DNA from: an uncultured Chthonomonas sp. | GTDB lineage: Bacteria > Armatimonadota > Fimbriimonadia > Fimbriimonadales > Fimbriimonadaceae | Assembly (NCBI GenBank): GCA_964496145.1 | Contig: CAZBXR010000002.1 | Coordinates: 3,146-67,145 of the forward strand | Direction: 5' to 3' | Length of the DNA: 64,000 nt | Part shown: positions 46,130 to 55,324 of the stretch, piece by piece | Position numbering within the stretch: the stretch's first letter is position 1 | Layout: each line of letters begins with the position of its first letter | Position numbers and translations under genes: made by a program | Notes under the pieces: generated by a model | Told to the model about the DNA's origin: nothing | What the model saw: the letters and a program-made list of their open reading frames with translations, nothing else | Databases searched by the model: none

Positions 46130-47002
46130 TCAGTCCTTTGGCTCGAGAATCGAGATTTCTAGGCTGTACTTGCCCGTGCTAGGAATCGTCATCGGACCTT
46201 GCTTTGTGACCTCTTGGAAAGGCACATCTTTGCAAGCCAACTTGAGCAGCCGACCCGTTGCCTTCTCGACAAGAACGGTGTACGAGATTGAACGAGTCGA
46301 TGTTTGCTCGAATGACTGATCCACGCCGGCGGCGCCGTCGGCCTTGAAAACGGATTGAATCGTGCCGTTGATTTCAAGCTTGAGAGCATCCCATTTTTGG
46401 AATTTCTCTTCCCCAACGAACTTGACTTCCAAGTTTTCCTTCGCGTAAGGAATGCCCGTGGACTTTTCTTCACGCTCGATCTTCCAAGTGGCCCCTGGCG
46501 CAACCGCCTCGCCCGGGAATCTCAACGATCCCGAAAGATCTCGGAAATAGGTTCGGATCATCCGCTGAATGTTGCTCGGGGAAGATCCAAAGCTCAATGG
46601 GTTCCATTCGCCCAGGCTCGTGACCCTCGCCGTCGCACTCAGGTCACTTGGAAAGCTCGGAGGTACCGGAGGTTCGGGATCAATCGTAATCTTGTTGTCC
46701 GTGACCTTAAGCTCTACCTCGGCGCTCTTTCCATCCGGATCTACCTTCGATGTCGTCAGTGTGCAAACCGACGATTTGTCGCGGGAAATGGTCATATCCT
46801 GTCCGCCGAGCGAAGCCATATCCATGGTGGTGGACGACTTTTCCTTAAAGCTGTACATCGTCTTTTCGCCCACCCGGAAGGTGCGTTGAATAAGTACCTT
46901 TTCAGCTTCTGAAGGTCGAGTAGCGGCCGGCGCAAAATGCAAAACGCCCATCGACGCCATGAGAGTCACGCAAGGAACGAGATAGGTTCTGAGATTTTTC
47001 AT
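46130..47002 (-). CDS. secreted hypothetical protein, tandem paralogue 1 of 3
   Basis: The start was chosen at MKNLRTYLVPCVTLMASMGVLHFAPA. It shares sequence blocks with the next two genes. Confidence 0.75.
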   Translation of the reverse strand: MKNLRTYLVPCVTLMASMGVLHFAPAATRPSEAEKVLIQRTFRVGEKTMYSFKEKSSTTMDMASLGGQDMTISRDKSSVCTLTTSKVDPDGKSAEVELKVTDNKITIDPEPPVPPSFPSDLSATARVTSLGEWNPLSFGSSPSNIQRMIRTYFRDLSGSLRFPGEAVAPGATWKIEREEKSTGIPYAKENLEVKFVGEEKFQKWDALKLEINGTIQSVFKADGAAGVDQSFEQTSTRSISYTVLVEKATGRLLKLACKDVPFQEVTKQGPMTIPSTGKYSLEISILEPKD

Positions 47003-47106
47003 AGTCAAGACTGCCAAGAGGTGGCTCAGCCCACCGGTGTCAAGGGCGGGAGTTGTGACTAAATATTACTGATTGTAATAAAATAGAGTTCCGAAGAACG
47101 CAGCGT

Positions 47107-47144
47107 AAAAAGAAGCACCCCTGAAGCCGTTGGATTCAGAGGTG
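47107..47144 (-). terminator. rho-independent terminator after paralogue 2
   Basis: The minus strand reads CACCTCTGAA-N9-TTCAGGGGTG, a 10-bp stem with one G-U pair, followed by CTTCTTTTT. Confidence 0.65.
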
Positions 47145-47173
47145 TTAAGAGTTCTCGAAAGGGCTGGTTTTCC

Positions 47174-48037
47174 CTAGTTAACGATCGAGATTTCAGTGCT
47201 GTACGAGCCCGTAACAGGGAACTTCGTCGAACTTCTGGTGACGACCATACTCTGTGGCACATCCTTACACTCGAGTCGGAGCAACTGCCCAGTAGCTTTG
47301 TCCACGAGCACAGTCGTAGAGACGGATCGATCCATATCTTGTCGGACAGGATTGCTCGCACCGGTGTCGCCTTCTGCGATGAGTGCAGACTGAATCTTCC
47401 CCTTGAGCTCCAGCCTTAGAGCGTTCCACCGTTGGAACTTCTCCTCCCCGACGAACCGGACGTCGAGGGTCTCCTTGCCATAGGGGCTCGTCGGAGATTC
47501 TTCGTTTCGAACGATCTGCCACGAACTTCCTGGTCGAATGGGTTTTTCCGGGAACGTGAGGCACCCTGTTAGGTCGCGAAACAATGCGCGAACATGATCC
47601 ACGTGGTATGAAGTTTTCGACCTGCATTCAATACTGCTCACTTCGCCTCGAGGCGTGATCTTCGCCGTAGCCGAATACTCTGTCAGGTATCGGGGCGGTT
47701 TCGGAAATTCTGGATTCAGAGAAACCTTATGGTCTTTTACTTCTAGCTTTACATCTGCGCTCGATCCATCGGGGGCCACCTTGACCGTCTCCAGAGAGCA
47801 CACGGATGTATTGGTGATCTCCGTGGTCACGTTCTTTGCCTTCGCAGAACTCATATCAAAGGTAGTCATCGCACTTTCCTTGAAGGTGTAAGTCGCCTTC
47901 TCTCCTACCTGGAAGGTACGACGCATGAGAACTTCGCCATGGCTGGGCGATTCACCATCTGCAGAGGAGAAGTGGAAAACCGCAAACGTGGCGAGTAGGG
48001 TCACACAAGGGATGAGCAAGATTCGATAGTTTTTCAT
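47174..48037 (-). CDS. secreted hypothetical protein, tandem paralogue 2 of 3
   Basis: The start was chosen at MKNYRILLIPCVTLLATFAVFHFSSA. The longer listed ORF would run through the upstream terminator. Confidence 0.75.
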   Translation of the reverse strand: MKNYRILLIPCVTLLATFAVFHFSSADGESPSHGEVLMRRTFQVGEKATYTFKESAMTTFDMSSAKAKNVTTEITNTSVCSLETVKVAPDGSSADVKLEVKDHKVSLNPEFPKPPRYLTEYSATAKITPRGEVSSIECRSKTSYHVDHVRALFRDLTGCLTFPEKPIRPGSSWQIVRNEESPTSPYGKETLDVRFVGEEKFQRWNALRLELKGKIQSALIAEGDTGASNPVRQDMDRSVSTTVLVDKATGQLLRLECKDVPQSMVVTRSSTKFPVTGSYSTEISIVN

Positions 48038-48154
48038 GGGATTCACTATGGAGGCCTCTCCCCGACGCCTTCGCCGGGAGGAGGTTTTCACTTGTAACAA
48101 AATGTAATAGTATTTCGTTCCCCGAAGAGTCACTGTTCCATTGAGGCGGATCTG

Positions 48155-48191
48155 AAAAACAAATCGCCCTGAAGCCAAGGGCTTCAGGGCG
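48155..48191 (-). terminator. rho-independent terminator after paralogue 3
   Basis: CGCCCTGAAGC and GCTTCAGGGCG form a perfect stem. On the minus strand it is followed by ATTTGTTTTT. Confidence 0.8.
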
Positions 48192-48212
48192 ATAGAGAGT
48201 TCTTGAAGGGGC

Positions 48213-49079
48213 TTACTTCGCGAACTCAGCGATGACCATTTCGGTGCTGTAGATTCCGTCCATTGGAATGCTCATTCCGCTCATTTCGGTGCTGATCTTG
48301 AGAGGAACGCTCTTCGCTTCCATCTTCACCAGTCGGCCGGTGGCCTTCTCAATGTAGACGACGGAGTTGACGGTGGCTTCAGAAATCGACTTCATCGGTC
48401 CCATGCCCATGCCGTCTTGAGACTCCGTGGTCATCTTCGAGGTCCCACTCAGTTCGAGCTTGAGGACGTCCATCTTGAACAGCTTCTCTTCGCCAACGAG
48501 CTTGATCTTGATCTTGGTGTCGCCGTCTCCAGCCATCGACTTTCCTGTCTTTTCATAAGACCAGGATTCGCCGATACCGACTTCCTTGTCAGGGAATTCG
48601 AAGATTGAGACCAGCAGCTCAAGTGTGGCTCCCGCCATCGTCTTCATCATGTCGCTGACGCCTTCTGTCTTCGTGTCGGTGACCTTGTTTCGGTCAGAGA
48701 TCTTTCCGGTGAGCGAAAATTCCTTCGGAAACTCAGGCGCTCCGGGCATGGCGGGCTCCATGGTCATCACGTTGTCGGTGATCTTAACCTCGAGGTCGGC
48801 GGATTTCTTATCTTCTGCAACCTTCTTGATGGTCATCGCCGCCTTGAGCGATGTCGTCACCGTCATGGTCATGTTGGGCGCGCCAAATGAACTCAGGTCA
48901 AGGTTTCCGTCATAAACGTTTGTGAACTTGTATTCGGTTTTCTCGCCTTCAACAAAAACTCTCTTGATCGTGAATTTTGTTGCCGCTGGCTTTGTGTCAA
49001 CCGCGGGATCTTGATGGGCGAATGCGAGTGACGAAAGGGTGAGGACGCTCAAAATGAGTCCGGACTTTAAGGCTTTCAT
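48213..49079 (-). CDS. secreted hypothetical protein, tandem paralogue 3 of 3
   Basis: The start was chosen at MKALKSGLILSVLTLSSLAFA. It is the more divergent member of the family. Confidence 0.75.
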   Translation of the reverse strand: MKALKSGLILSVLTLSSLAFAHQDPAVDTKPAATKFTIKRVFVEGEKTEYKFTNVYDGNLDLSSFGAPNMTMTVTTSLKAAMTIKKVAEDKKSADLEVKITDNVMTMEPAMPGAPEFPKEFSLTGKISDRNKVTDTKTEGVSDMMKTMAGATLELLVSIFEFPDKEVGIGESWSYEKTGKSMAGDGDTKIKIKLVGEEKLFKMDVLKLELSGTSKMTTESQDGMGMGPMKSISEATVNSVVYIEKATGRLVKMEAKSVPLKISTEMSGMSIPMDGIYSTEMVIAEFAK

Positions 49080-49234
49080 GAGTGTGAATAATCTCCAAAT
49101 CAGCCATGGCACTCGCATCGCGAGAACCCATGCATAACAAGAGTATAAACGACTGAAATCGTCTCTGTGTTTCACCCCGGACATTCACGGGACCTTTGGC
49201 AAACCAAGATGGCGTAGATGTATCCTGTAATCTA

Positions 49235-50305
49235 ATGCGACCCCAGTCTCTTGAGTTCTTAAAAACGATCGTCAACACGCCTTCTCCCTCTGGATATGAG
49301 GAAAATGCGGCCTCTGTATATCGGGCCTACTGCAAAGATTTCGCGGACGATATCACGACCGATGTGCACGGAAACGTGGCCGCGATCTTGAACCCTCAGG
49401 CTGATTTTCGCATCATGCTCGCCGGGCACATGGACGAGATCGGGCTGATCATCCATTACATTGACGACCAAGGCTTTTTGTATTTCAAGACCATCGGCGG
49501 CCACGACGGCTCCATCATCGTCGGCCAGCGAGTGTGGGTCCACGGCAAAGAGCGCGTGGCAGGAGTCATTGGCCGAAAGGCCATCCATCTTTTGGACGAC
49601 GACGAACGCAAGAAGCGGCCAGAGCCAAAGGACCTTTGGATCGATATCGGAGCTTCAACAAGAGAGGAGGCCGAGGCTCTCATCTCGCTCGGCGATGTCG
49701 CGACCTACCAATGGGAGTTTCAACACCTGTTGGGAGATCGAGCCACCGCTCGCGGCTTCGATAACAAAATGGGTTCATTTATCGTCGCCGAAGCGCTGCG
49801 CTACCTCAAAGAGTCGGGCAAACTCCACCCGAACGTGGGCGTTTATGCCGTGGCGACTGTCCAGGAGGAAATCGGGCTGCGGGGGGCTCGTACGAGTGCG
49901 TACGGAATCAATCCGCAGGTCGGCCTCGCGGTCGACGTCAACCACGCCATCGACTACCCAGGAATGAGCAAGACGAGATACGGGCAGTGCGATGTGGGCA
50001 AGGGGGCAACCATCACTCGGGGGGCAAACACAAACCCGATCGTCTTCCGGATGATCAAGGAAGTTGCCGCCGCCGCTGGCATCCCGCTTCAAATCGATGT
50101 AGAGCCCGCCGGAACAGGAACGGATGGAAACGCGATGCAACTCAACCGCGCCGGTATGGCCGTGGGCGTCCTTGGGATCGCCGAGCGCTATATGCACACG
50201 CCCTGCGAGGTCCTCTCGCTGACCGATGTGGACGGCTGCGCCCGCCTCATGGCGGAGTTCTGCGCCGCGGTCACTCCCGAGACGAGTTTCATCCCCGGCA
50301 CGTAA
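49235..50305 (+). CDS. M42-family peptidase (glutamyl aminopeptidase / FrvX-like)
   Basis: It contains PSPSGYEE, GHMDEIGL and FDNKMGS. Confidence 0.85.
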   Translation: MRPQSLEFLKTIVNTPSPSGYEENAASVYRAYCKDFADDITTDVHGNVAAILNPQADFRIMLAGHMDEIGLIIHYIDDQGFLYFKTIGGHDGSIIVGQRVWVHGKERVAGVIGRKAIHLLDDDERKKRPEPKDLWIDIGASTREEAEALISLGDVATYQWEFQHLLGDRATARGFDNKMGSFIVAEALRYLKESGKLHPNVGVYAVATVQEEIGLRGARTSAYGINPQVGLAVDVNHAIDYPGMSKTRYGQCDVGKGATITRGANTNPIVFRMIKEVAAAAGIPLQIDVEPAGTGTDGNAMQLNRAGMAVGVLGIAERYMHTPCEVLSLTDVDGCARLMAEFCAAVTPETSFIPGT

Positions 50306-50315
50306 TCCATTCATA

Positions 50316-51062
50316 ATGGAGAGCGTGACCAAGAACCGAAGTGGGCTTTGGATTCTCGCGACCGGATTGGTCGCGATCGTGCTCACGTTCTTGCCCGGGC
50401 GAGCGGCCGGTTTCAACGACCCCGATACCGCGCGACTGGTGATTGTGCACGTATCGTGCGCCATCACCACCGCGATTTGGCTACTCGTCGCGGGATACTG
50501 GGCTTTTCGATCGCTCAAGACCGAGAAACCGGCGGAAGATCACCGACTCCATGCGGCGTGGGACCTCTCCACGATGCTTGCGGGGCTGACTCTGTTGACG
50601 GGCATTCTCTTCAGCAAACTGCAATGGAATGCATGGTGGCAGTGGGACCCCCGGCAAACCTCGTTCCTCCTTGTCATGATCATCCTCCTTGCCGGGGCCG
50701 CGTTGCGGTCAGGTCAGGGAGATGCTGCTAGGGGGAGGGTGGTCTCGGCGGGATACGCCCTCGCGGCGATGCTCCCGACGATCTTCCTGATCTTCGTTTT
50801 CCCGCGGCTGAATAAGGTGGCGACCGATTCGAATCACCCCACAAACACGCTGCTCCAGGGTCAACTCGATACCACGTTCTCATGGTGCCTGCGCCTCATG
50901 GGACTGTTTCTGCTGGTCGCCTTGCTGGCCCTCTGGCGCGAACGCGTGGCGGCCCTTACCCTCCAAACAAAACTAACTGACGCTCATGCAAACATGGATT
51001 TTGATCTCAATGCTCCCGATTCTGGCCCTACTGTTCGGCCTGTGGGCGTACGCGAGGACTAG
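50316..51062 (+). CDS. ccmC: cytochrome c assembly protein, CcmC-like haem exporter
   Basis: It is a polytopic membrane protein with the Trp-rich motif WNAWWQWDPRQTS. Confidence 0.65.
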   Translation: MESVTKNRSGLWILATGLVAIVLTFLPGRAAGFNDPDTARLVIVHVSCAITTAIWLLVAGYWAFRSLKTEKPAEDHRLHAAWDLSTMLAGLTLLTGILFSKLQWNAWWQWDPRQTSFLLVMIILLAGAALRSGQGDAARGRVVSAGYALAAMLPTIFLIFVFPRLNKVATDSNHPTNTLLQGQLDTTFSWCLRLMGLFLLVALLALWRERVAALTLQTKLTDAHANMDFDLNAPDSGPTVRPVGVRED

Positions 51063-51120
51063 CGCAAAACTCCAGCGAGAGGCTCAGCGCGGGCTTGATC
51101 AGGTCAAGGAGTCCCGCTAG
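50986..51120 (+). CDS. candidate CcmD-like small membrane protein (44 aa, not in the ORF track)
   Basis: It encodes MQTWILISMLPILALLFGLWAYARTSAKLQREAQRGLDQVKESR. It overlaps the ccmC-like 3' end, and its TAG stop abuts the ribE GTG. Confidence 0.4.
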   Translation: MQTWILISMLPILALLFGLWAYARTSAKLQREAQRGLDQVKESR

Positions 51121-51720
51121 GTGTTCACCGGCATTGTGCAGGGAATGGGCACAGTTCGGTCCTTCGTCGGACCTCGACTCGTCGTCGGGTTTGAGAGCGG
51201 ATTATGGCCCAACGACCCCCTGGTCATCGGCGAGAGTGTGGCCGTCAGCGGCTGTTGTCTCACCGTGGTGGAAACCGCCGACGAATCGATGGCTTTCGAT
51301 GTAAGCGAAGAGACGCTCCGTTTGACGGCCCTGGGTGGTTGGCGGGAAAACACGCGAGTCAACCTGGAACGGGCGATGCGCCCCATGGATCGATTTGGTG
51401 GACACATTGTCCAAGGCCATGTGGATGGAATCGCGCAGGTGGAAAGTATTCAGGAGCTTTCTGGATCGTGGGAGATGGTTTTCTCCTACCCCGAAAAGTT
51501 CTCGCCCCTGGTCGTACCCAAGGGATCCATCTGCCTCGATGGGATCAGTTTGACCATTGTTTCGCCTGTCAAGAACCGATTTGGCATCGCCGTCATTCCG
51601 CATACTTGGGCCGAGACCACACTGTCCTTCCGCCAGCCCGGCGATCGCTTGAACGTCGAGTTTGACGCCCTTGCAAAGCACGTTCAAGCCCTCCTCGCCC
51701 ACGTGCCGCTATCCTCGTAA
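51121..51720 (+). CDS. ribE: riboflavin synthase alpha chain
   Basis: From a GTG start it encodes (M)FTGIVQGMGTV. It has two lumazine-binding repeats and is 199 aa long. Confidence 0.9.
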   Translation: MFTGIVQGMGTVRSFVGPRLVVGFESGLWPNDPLVIGESVAVSGCCLTVVETADESMAFDVSEETLRLTALGGWRENTRVNLERAMRPMDRFGGHIVQGHVDGIAQVESIQELSGSWEMVFSYPEKFSPLVVPKGSICLDGISLTIVSPVKNRFGIAVIPHTWAETTLSFRQPGDRLNVEFDALAKHVQALLAHVPLSS

Positions 51721-51835
51721 AAAAAATAGGGACTATAGTCCCGGGCGGCCATTTTCATCGAACAATACGTTCGTACAATTCGCCATACTATCGTAACAAG
51801 ATTCAATTAATCTAGAGCGGAGAATACGAATAAAC

Positions 51836-52438
51836 ATGAACAGATCAAGAAGAGAAATCGATCCCGCTGCAACACGCCGAGCCATCTTGAGCTCCGCAAC
51901 ACGCGTTTTTGCAGATCGAGGATACGCCGGGGCGTCTTACCAGCACATCGCGGATGAGGCAGGTCTCCAAAAGTCCCACATTCAGTACCACTTTGGCACC
52001 AAGGAAGAGCTTTGGCGAACCGTGGTGGACTATGTCACCAGAGAATTTACGATTGAATTCGAACGTCTTCTTGACGAGGGCAGTCCAAGTTTTGAACAAG
52101 TGATTCGTGTTCGACACAACGTTCTCACCAATCGACCGGAATATGTCCGACTCCTGGGGTGGATGTGCCTCGATGAAGCTCCGATTCCTGCGACCATGCA
52201 AGAGCGAACACGGCAATTTCTGACGTCCGTTCTGGGAATGCCGATGGAAGAATGTCGTGCCGATGTGCCACGTGAGCATTTGTTCGCGATCGCCTTTGGA
52301 GCCCTGCACGGATACTTCCTTTTCAGAAGATTGGTGGAAGTGGAGGGAGCCCCGGATATGGATTTGACAGAATCGGCGTATCTTGAATCTCTACTCAAAG
52401 TACTTTTTTCAAAGACCGAAGTGAAGTCGGCCGCTTAA
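51836..52438 (+). CDS. TetR-family transcriptional regulator
   Basis: The N-terminal HTH region reads ILSSATRVFADRGYAGASYQHIADEAGLQKSHIQYHF. Confidence 0.85.
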   Translation: MNRSRREIDPAATRRAILSSATRVFADRGYAGASYQHIADEAGLQKSHIQYHFGTKEELWRTVVDYVTREFTIEFERLLDEGSPSFEQVIRVRHNVLTNRPEYVRLLGWMCLDEAPIPATMQERTRQFLTSVLGMPMEECRADVPREHLFAIAFGALHGYFLFRRLVEVEGAPDMDLTESAYLESLLKVLFSKTEVKSAA

Positions 52439-52539
52439 GAGCTGACTCACGCCAAAACAACACAAGACAAGCAAGCCCATAGGGGCCGTGTGTAACCCTC
52501 AAACAACCGCGGCCCCATTTTTTTCTGTATCATCTCCGC

Positions 52540-53268
52540 ATGAACATCGCAGGGTCTCCCTGGTACCGATTCGTGCGCTCCTTTTGCGGCAACATTGTTT
52601 TTCGCATCACCGGGGGATTTGAGGTGAAGGGTGCGGAGAACGTCCCGTCCAGTGGCCCGCTTTTGGTGGCTCCCACACATTTTTCGAATTTCGATCCTCC
52701 CGCCGTGGCTGCGGCGTTGCGGACTCGGGCCCTCAGCTTTATGGCAAAAGAGGAGCTCTTCAAGTATCCGGGGCTTTCCCATCTCATTCGCTCGCTCAAT
52801 GCTTTCCCTTTTGCGAGGGGAAAGGGCGACACGGAAGCCATCCGAAAGGCAATCCAACTTCTGCAGGAGGGAAGGGCCGTCCTCGTGTTTCCTGAGGGCA
52901 CCCGGGGGGATGGGGTCACGCTAGGGACGATCAGCCCAGGGATTGGAGTGTTCGCTCGAAAGAGCGATGCATGGGTTTTGCCTATTGCCATCGTGGGGAG
53001 CCACATCACCCTCGGCAAGGGACAGGCTCTGCCAAAACGCCACAAGATGGTGGTCACGATTGGCAAGCCATTCAAGTTTGCCGAGGCGACCGCTTTGCAT
53101 CCCGATCTCGATGCCCGGCATGCGTTTACAAAGGAGTTGGAAACGAGGTTGCTGGATTTATGCGCAAGCGAAGGGCTGCACCTTAAAACCGAGCCACATA
53201 CCAAGCCCCAAGTTGAGTCCGGTTCTGTTGAAACATCCACTGAACCGCGACATTCTGAAACGGTTTGA
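52540..53268 (+). CDS. plsC: 1-acyl-sn-glycerol-3-phosphate acyltransferase
   Basis: The HX4D motif is THFSNFD, and FPEGTRG is present. Confidence 0.8.
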   Translation: MNIAGSPWYRFVRSFCGNIVFRITGGFEVKGAENVPSSGPLLVAPTHFSNFDPPAVAAALRTRALSFMAKEELFKYPGLSHLIRSLNAFPFARGKGDTEAIRKAIQLLQEGRAVLVFPEGTRGDGVTLGTISPGIGVFARKSDAWVLPIAIVGSHITLGKGQALPKRHKMVVTIGKPFKFAEATALHPDLDARHAFTKELETRLLDLCASEGLHLKTEPHTKPQVESGSVETSTEPRHSETV

Positions 53269-53797
53269 TCTCAATGCCCGCCGACGCGTCTCTCGAATCG
53301 TGCTCGATGATGAAGTTGAATTGCTTGGAAAAGGGGACCCTTGCGCCCAAGAAGATGCCCTTGTACCGATTCGTACCCGCCCCAATCGTGAGTTCGGCGG
53401 GAACATCTTGATTCAGCGTTCCTGTTAGCCCTAGGTTCCATGTGACCACGGCGTAGGCCGAGCGTCCTTGCGGGGTTTGATCGGCGATATCCTCAATCCC
53501 AAAGGCGATGCCAGGCAGAGTGTCTGTGAAAGGCGGCAGATATTGGTAGCTAAGCGAGATCGAATCACTTTCCCCTCGGGCTCGCTCATGGATTCTTCCG
53601 AGGCGCAGCTCGAATCCTTCTAGCACGGGCAAGGACACTTCTGTAAGTCCACGACCGATCGCCCCTTGGTTGGCCAGGTGTCGGACCTTGGCCGTCCCCT
53701 TCAGAGTCTTGTACGCCGTTGGGATTCTGACCAACGTGTCGGCCTGCGCGAGGGACAGGCAACCGAGGACCGCTGCGGAAATCGCATGGATACGCAT
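53183..53797 (-). CDS. putative outer-membrane beta-barrel protein
   Basis: The start was chosen at MRIHAISAAVLGCLSLAQA. It has an alternating beta-like pattern and ends with a C-terminal aromatic residue (...AWYVARF). Confidence 0.55.
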   Translation of the reverse strand: MRIHAISAAVLGCLSLAQADTLVRIPTAYKTLKGTAKVRHLANQGAIGRGLTEVSLPVLEGFELRLGRIHERARGESDSISLSYQYLPPFTDTLPGIAFGIEDIADQTPQGRSAYAVVTWNLGLTGTLNQDVPAELTIGAGTNRYKGIFLGARVPFSKQFNFIIEHDSRDASAGIEIKPFQNVAVQWMFQQNRTQLGAWYVARF

Positions 53798-53822
53798 AGG
53801 CGAGACGATACCTGGAGAGCCC

Positions 53823-55292
53823 TCAGTCAAGGTCAAGGGTCGGGGCGGGGAGGGCATCGGGTTCGACTTCTTCTTCGATGTCCAACACATCCTCTGATGT
53901 CTGCACCACGGCGAGCGGGCGAACCACTTGATCGATGTCCTTCGGCTCCTCCAGAGCTTTCTGCTTGTTATACAAGGTCTTGAGCTTCGAGGCGCGCCGA
54001 ACAACACTCTTTTCAAGAGTTCCCACGGAGAGGTTGAAAGCGTTCACGGCAGTTTCTAGATTTCGCCCTAGTTTCGCATAGTGGTCCATGAAAGTGTGAA
54101 TTCCATCGTATAGGTTGCTCCCCAGTTTTGCCACTTCGCGCGCACTCTTGGTGAGATCCTCTTGACGCCAACCGATGGCGACAGCCCGGAGCAGGGCAAT
54201 TAGCGTGACGGGTGTTGCAATAAGCACACCAGACTCGGCGCCAAAGTCAAGTAGTGTCGGGTCCTGCTCCACCGCCGCCGAGAACATGGACTCGAGCGGA
54301 AGAAACATGACGATGAGGTCGGCTGAATCGGCAACAGCCTTGTCGTAGTTCTTTTTGCGCAAAGAAAGTAGGTGATTCTTAACCGTTGCCGCGAACGCCT
54401 TCATTCTTTCCTCTCGTTCCCCGTCGTGGAGGGCTTCGATGCTCTGTGTATAGGCATCCATCGGAGACTTAGCATCGATGATGATGTTCCTGTTGTTGGG
54501 CAGGCGCACGATGACATCGGGCCGAATACGTCCGCTTTCGGTTGGATGCGACTCCTCTGTAACAAAATCGCAACGCTCGACCAAGCCAGCAAATTCCACG
54601 ATCCGCTTGAGTTGTATTTCGCCCCAGGATCCTCGCTGCTTTGGGTTGCGAAGAACGTTCGAGAGCTTTCCTGTTTCAGAGCGCAAAAGTCGCTGATCGT
54701 CGCGGAGTTCGTCAAGCGTGTGCTTGAGGTTTTGGAATGAAGAAACGCGGTCCTTTTCCAGGTTCTCCGTCTTCTTGCCCAGGTCTTGGAGTTGCTCGTG
54801 GATAGGCTTGACAAGACCCTCGATTGCAGCCCGCCGAGCCTCAAGGTCGGTCTTCGATTCTTCTTTGATAGACTTAAAGTTCTCGGACGCCATTTCGAGG
54901 AACGACTTTTGAGACTTCGCCACCGCCTCGGCGGCCATGGCCTCAAAGCTCTTCTTTAGGTTCTCTTCGGCTTGTCGCAGAGTCTCGATCTGCTTTTGAT
55001 GGGACTCTTCATCGCTTTGGATCTTCTGCTGAAGTGCGCTGATTTTGCCCTCTGAGATGCGCCACTCTTCTCGGTACCGACCGGCTTCCGCGAGCTGAGT
55101 TTCGAGCTCTTCCATTCGGGTTGCTCGTTCGGCAGCGGCGGCAAGGCGGATGTTGGCATCACCCAATTGGGTTTGTGATTCCTGCAAAGCAGCTTCACGA
55201 AGCGCCAGTTTCTTGTTCGTGATGGTCCAAACGACGAAGGCAGCAAGGCCAGCGCCAACCACAAAGATGAGAGCTCCAAGAGCAAGGTCCAT
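53823..55292 (-). CDS. rmuC: DNA recombination protein RmuC
   Basis: It has an N-terminal transmembrane segment, a coiled coil and a C-terminal RmuC nuclease-like domain. It is 489 aa long. Confidence 0.85.
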   Translation of the reverse strand: MDLALGALIFVVGAGLAAFVVWTITNKKLALREAALQESQTQLGDANIRLAAAAERATRMEELETQLAEAGRYREEWRISEGKISALQQKIQSDEESHQKQIETLRQAEENLKKSFEAMAAEAVAKSQKSFLEMASENFKSIKEESKTDLEARRAAIEGLVKPIHEQLQDLGKKTENLEKDRVSSFQNLKHTLDELRDDQRLLRSETGKLSNVLRNPKQRGSWGEIQLKRIVEFAGLVERCDFVTEESHPTESGRIRPDVIVRLPNNRNIIIDAKSPMDAYTQSIEALHDGEREERMKAFAATVKNHLLSLRKKNYDKAVADSADLIVMFLPLESMFSAAVEQDPTLLDFGAESGVLIATPVTLIALLRAVAIGWRQEDLTKSAREVAKLGSNLYDGIHTFMDHYAKLGRNLETAVNAFNLSVGTLEKSVVRRASKLKTLYNKQKALEEPKDIDQVVRPLAVVQTSEDVLDIEEEVEPDALPAPTLDLD

Positions 55293-55324
55293 CTTTATAG
55301 TGTAGCAAAAAGGTGAGTGTTTGT

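Noticed and set aside
51729-51773. The palindromes GGGACTATAGTCCC and CGAAC-N5-GTTCG between ribE and the TetR gene were considered as an operator or terminator.
   Set aside because: The arms are short (5-7 bp), no T-tract follows, and the centre is not symmetric. This is too weak to call without binding or conservation data.
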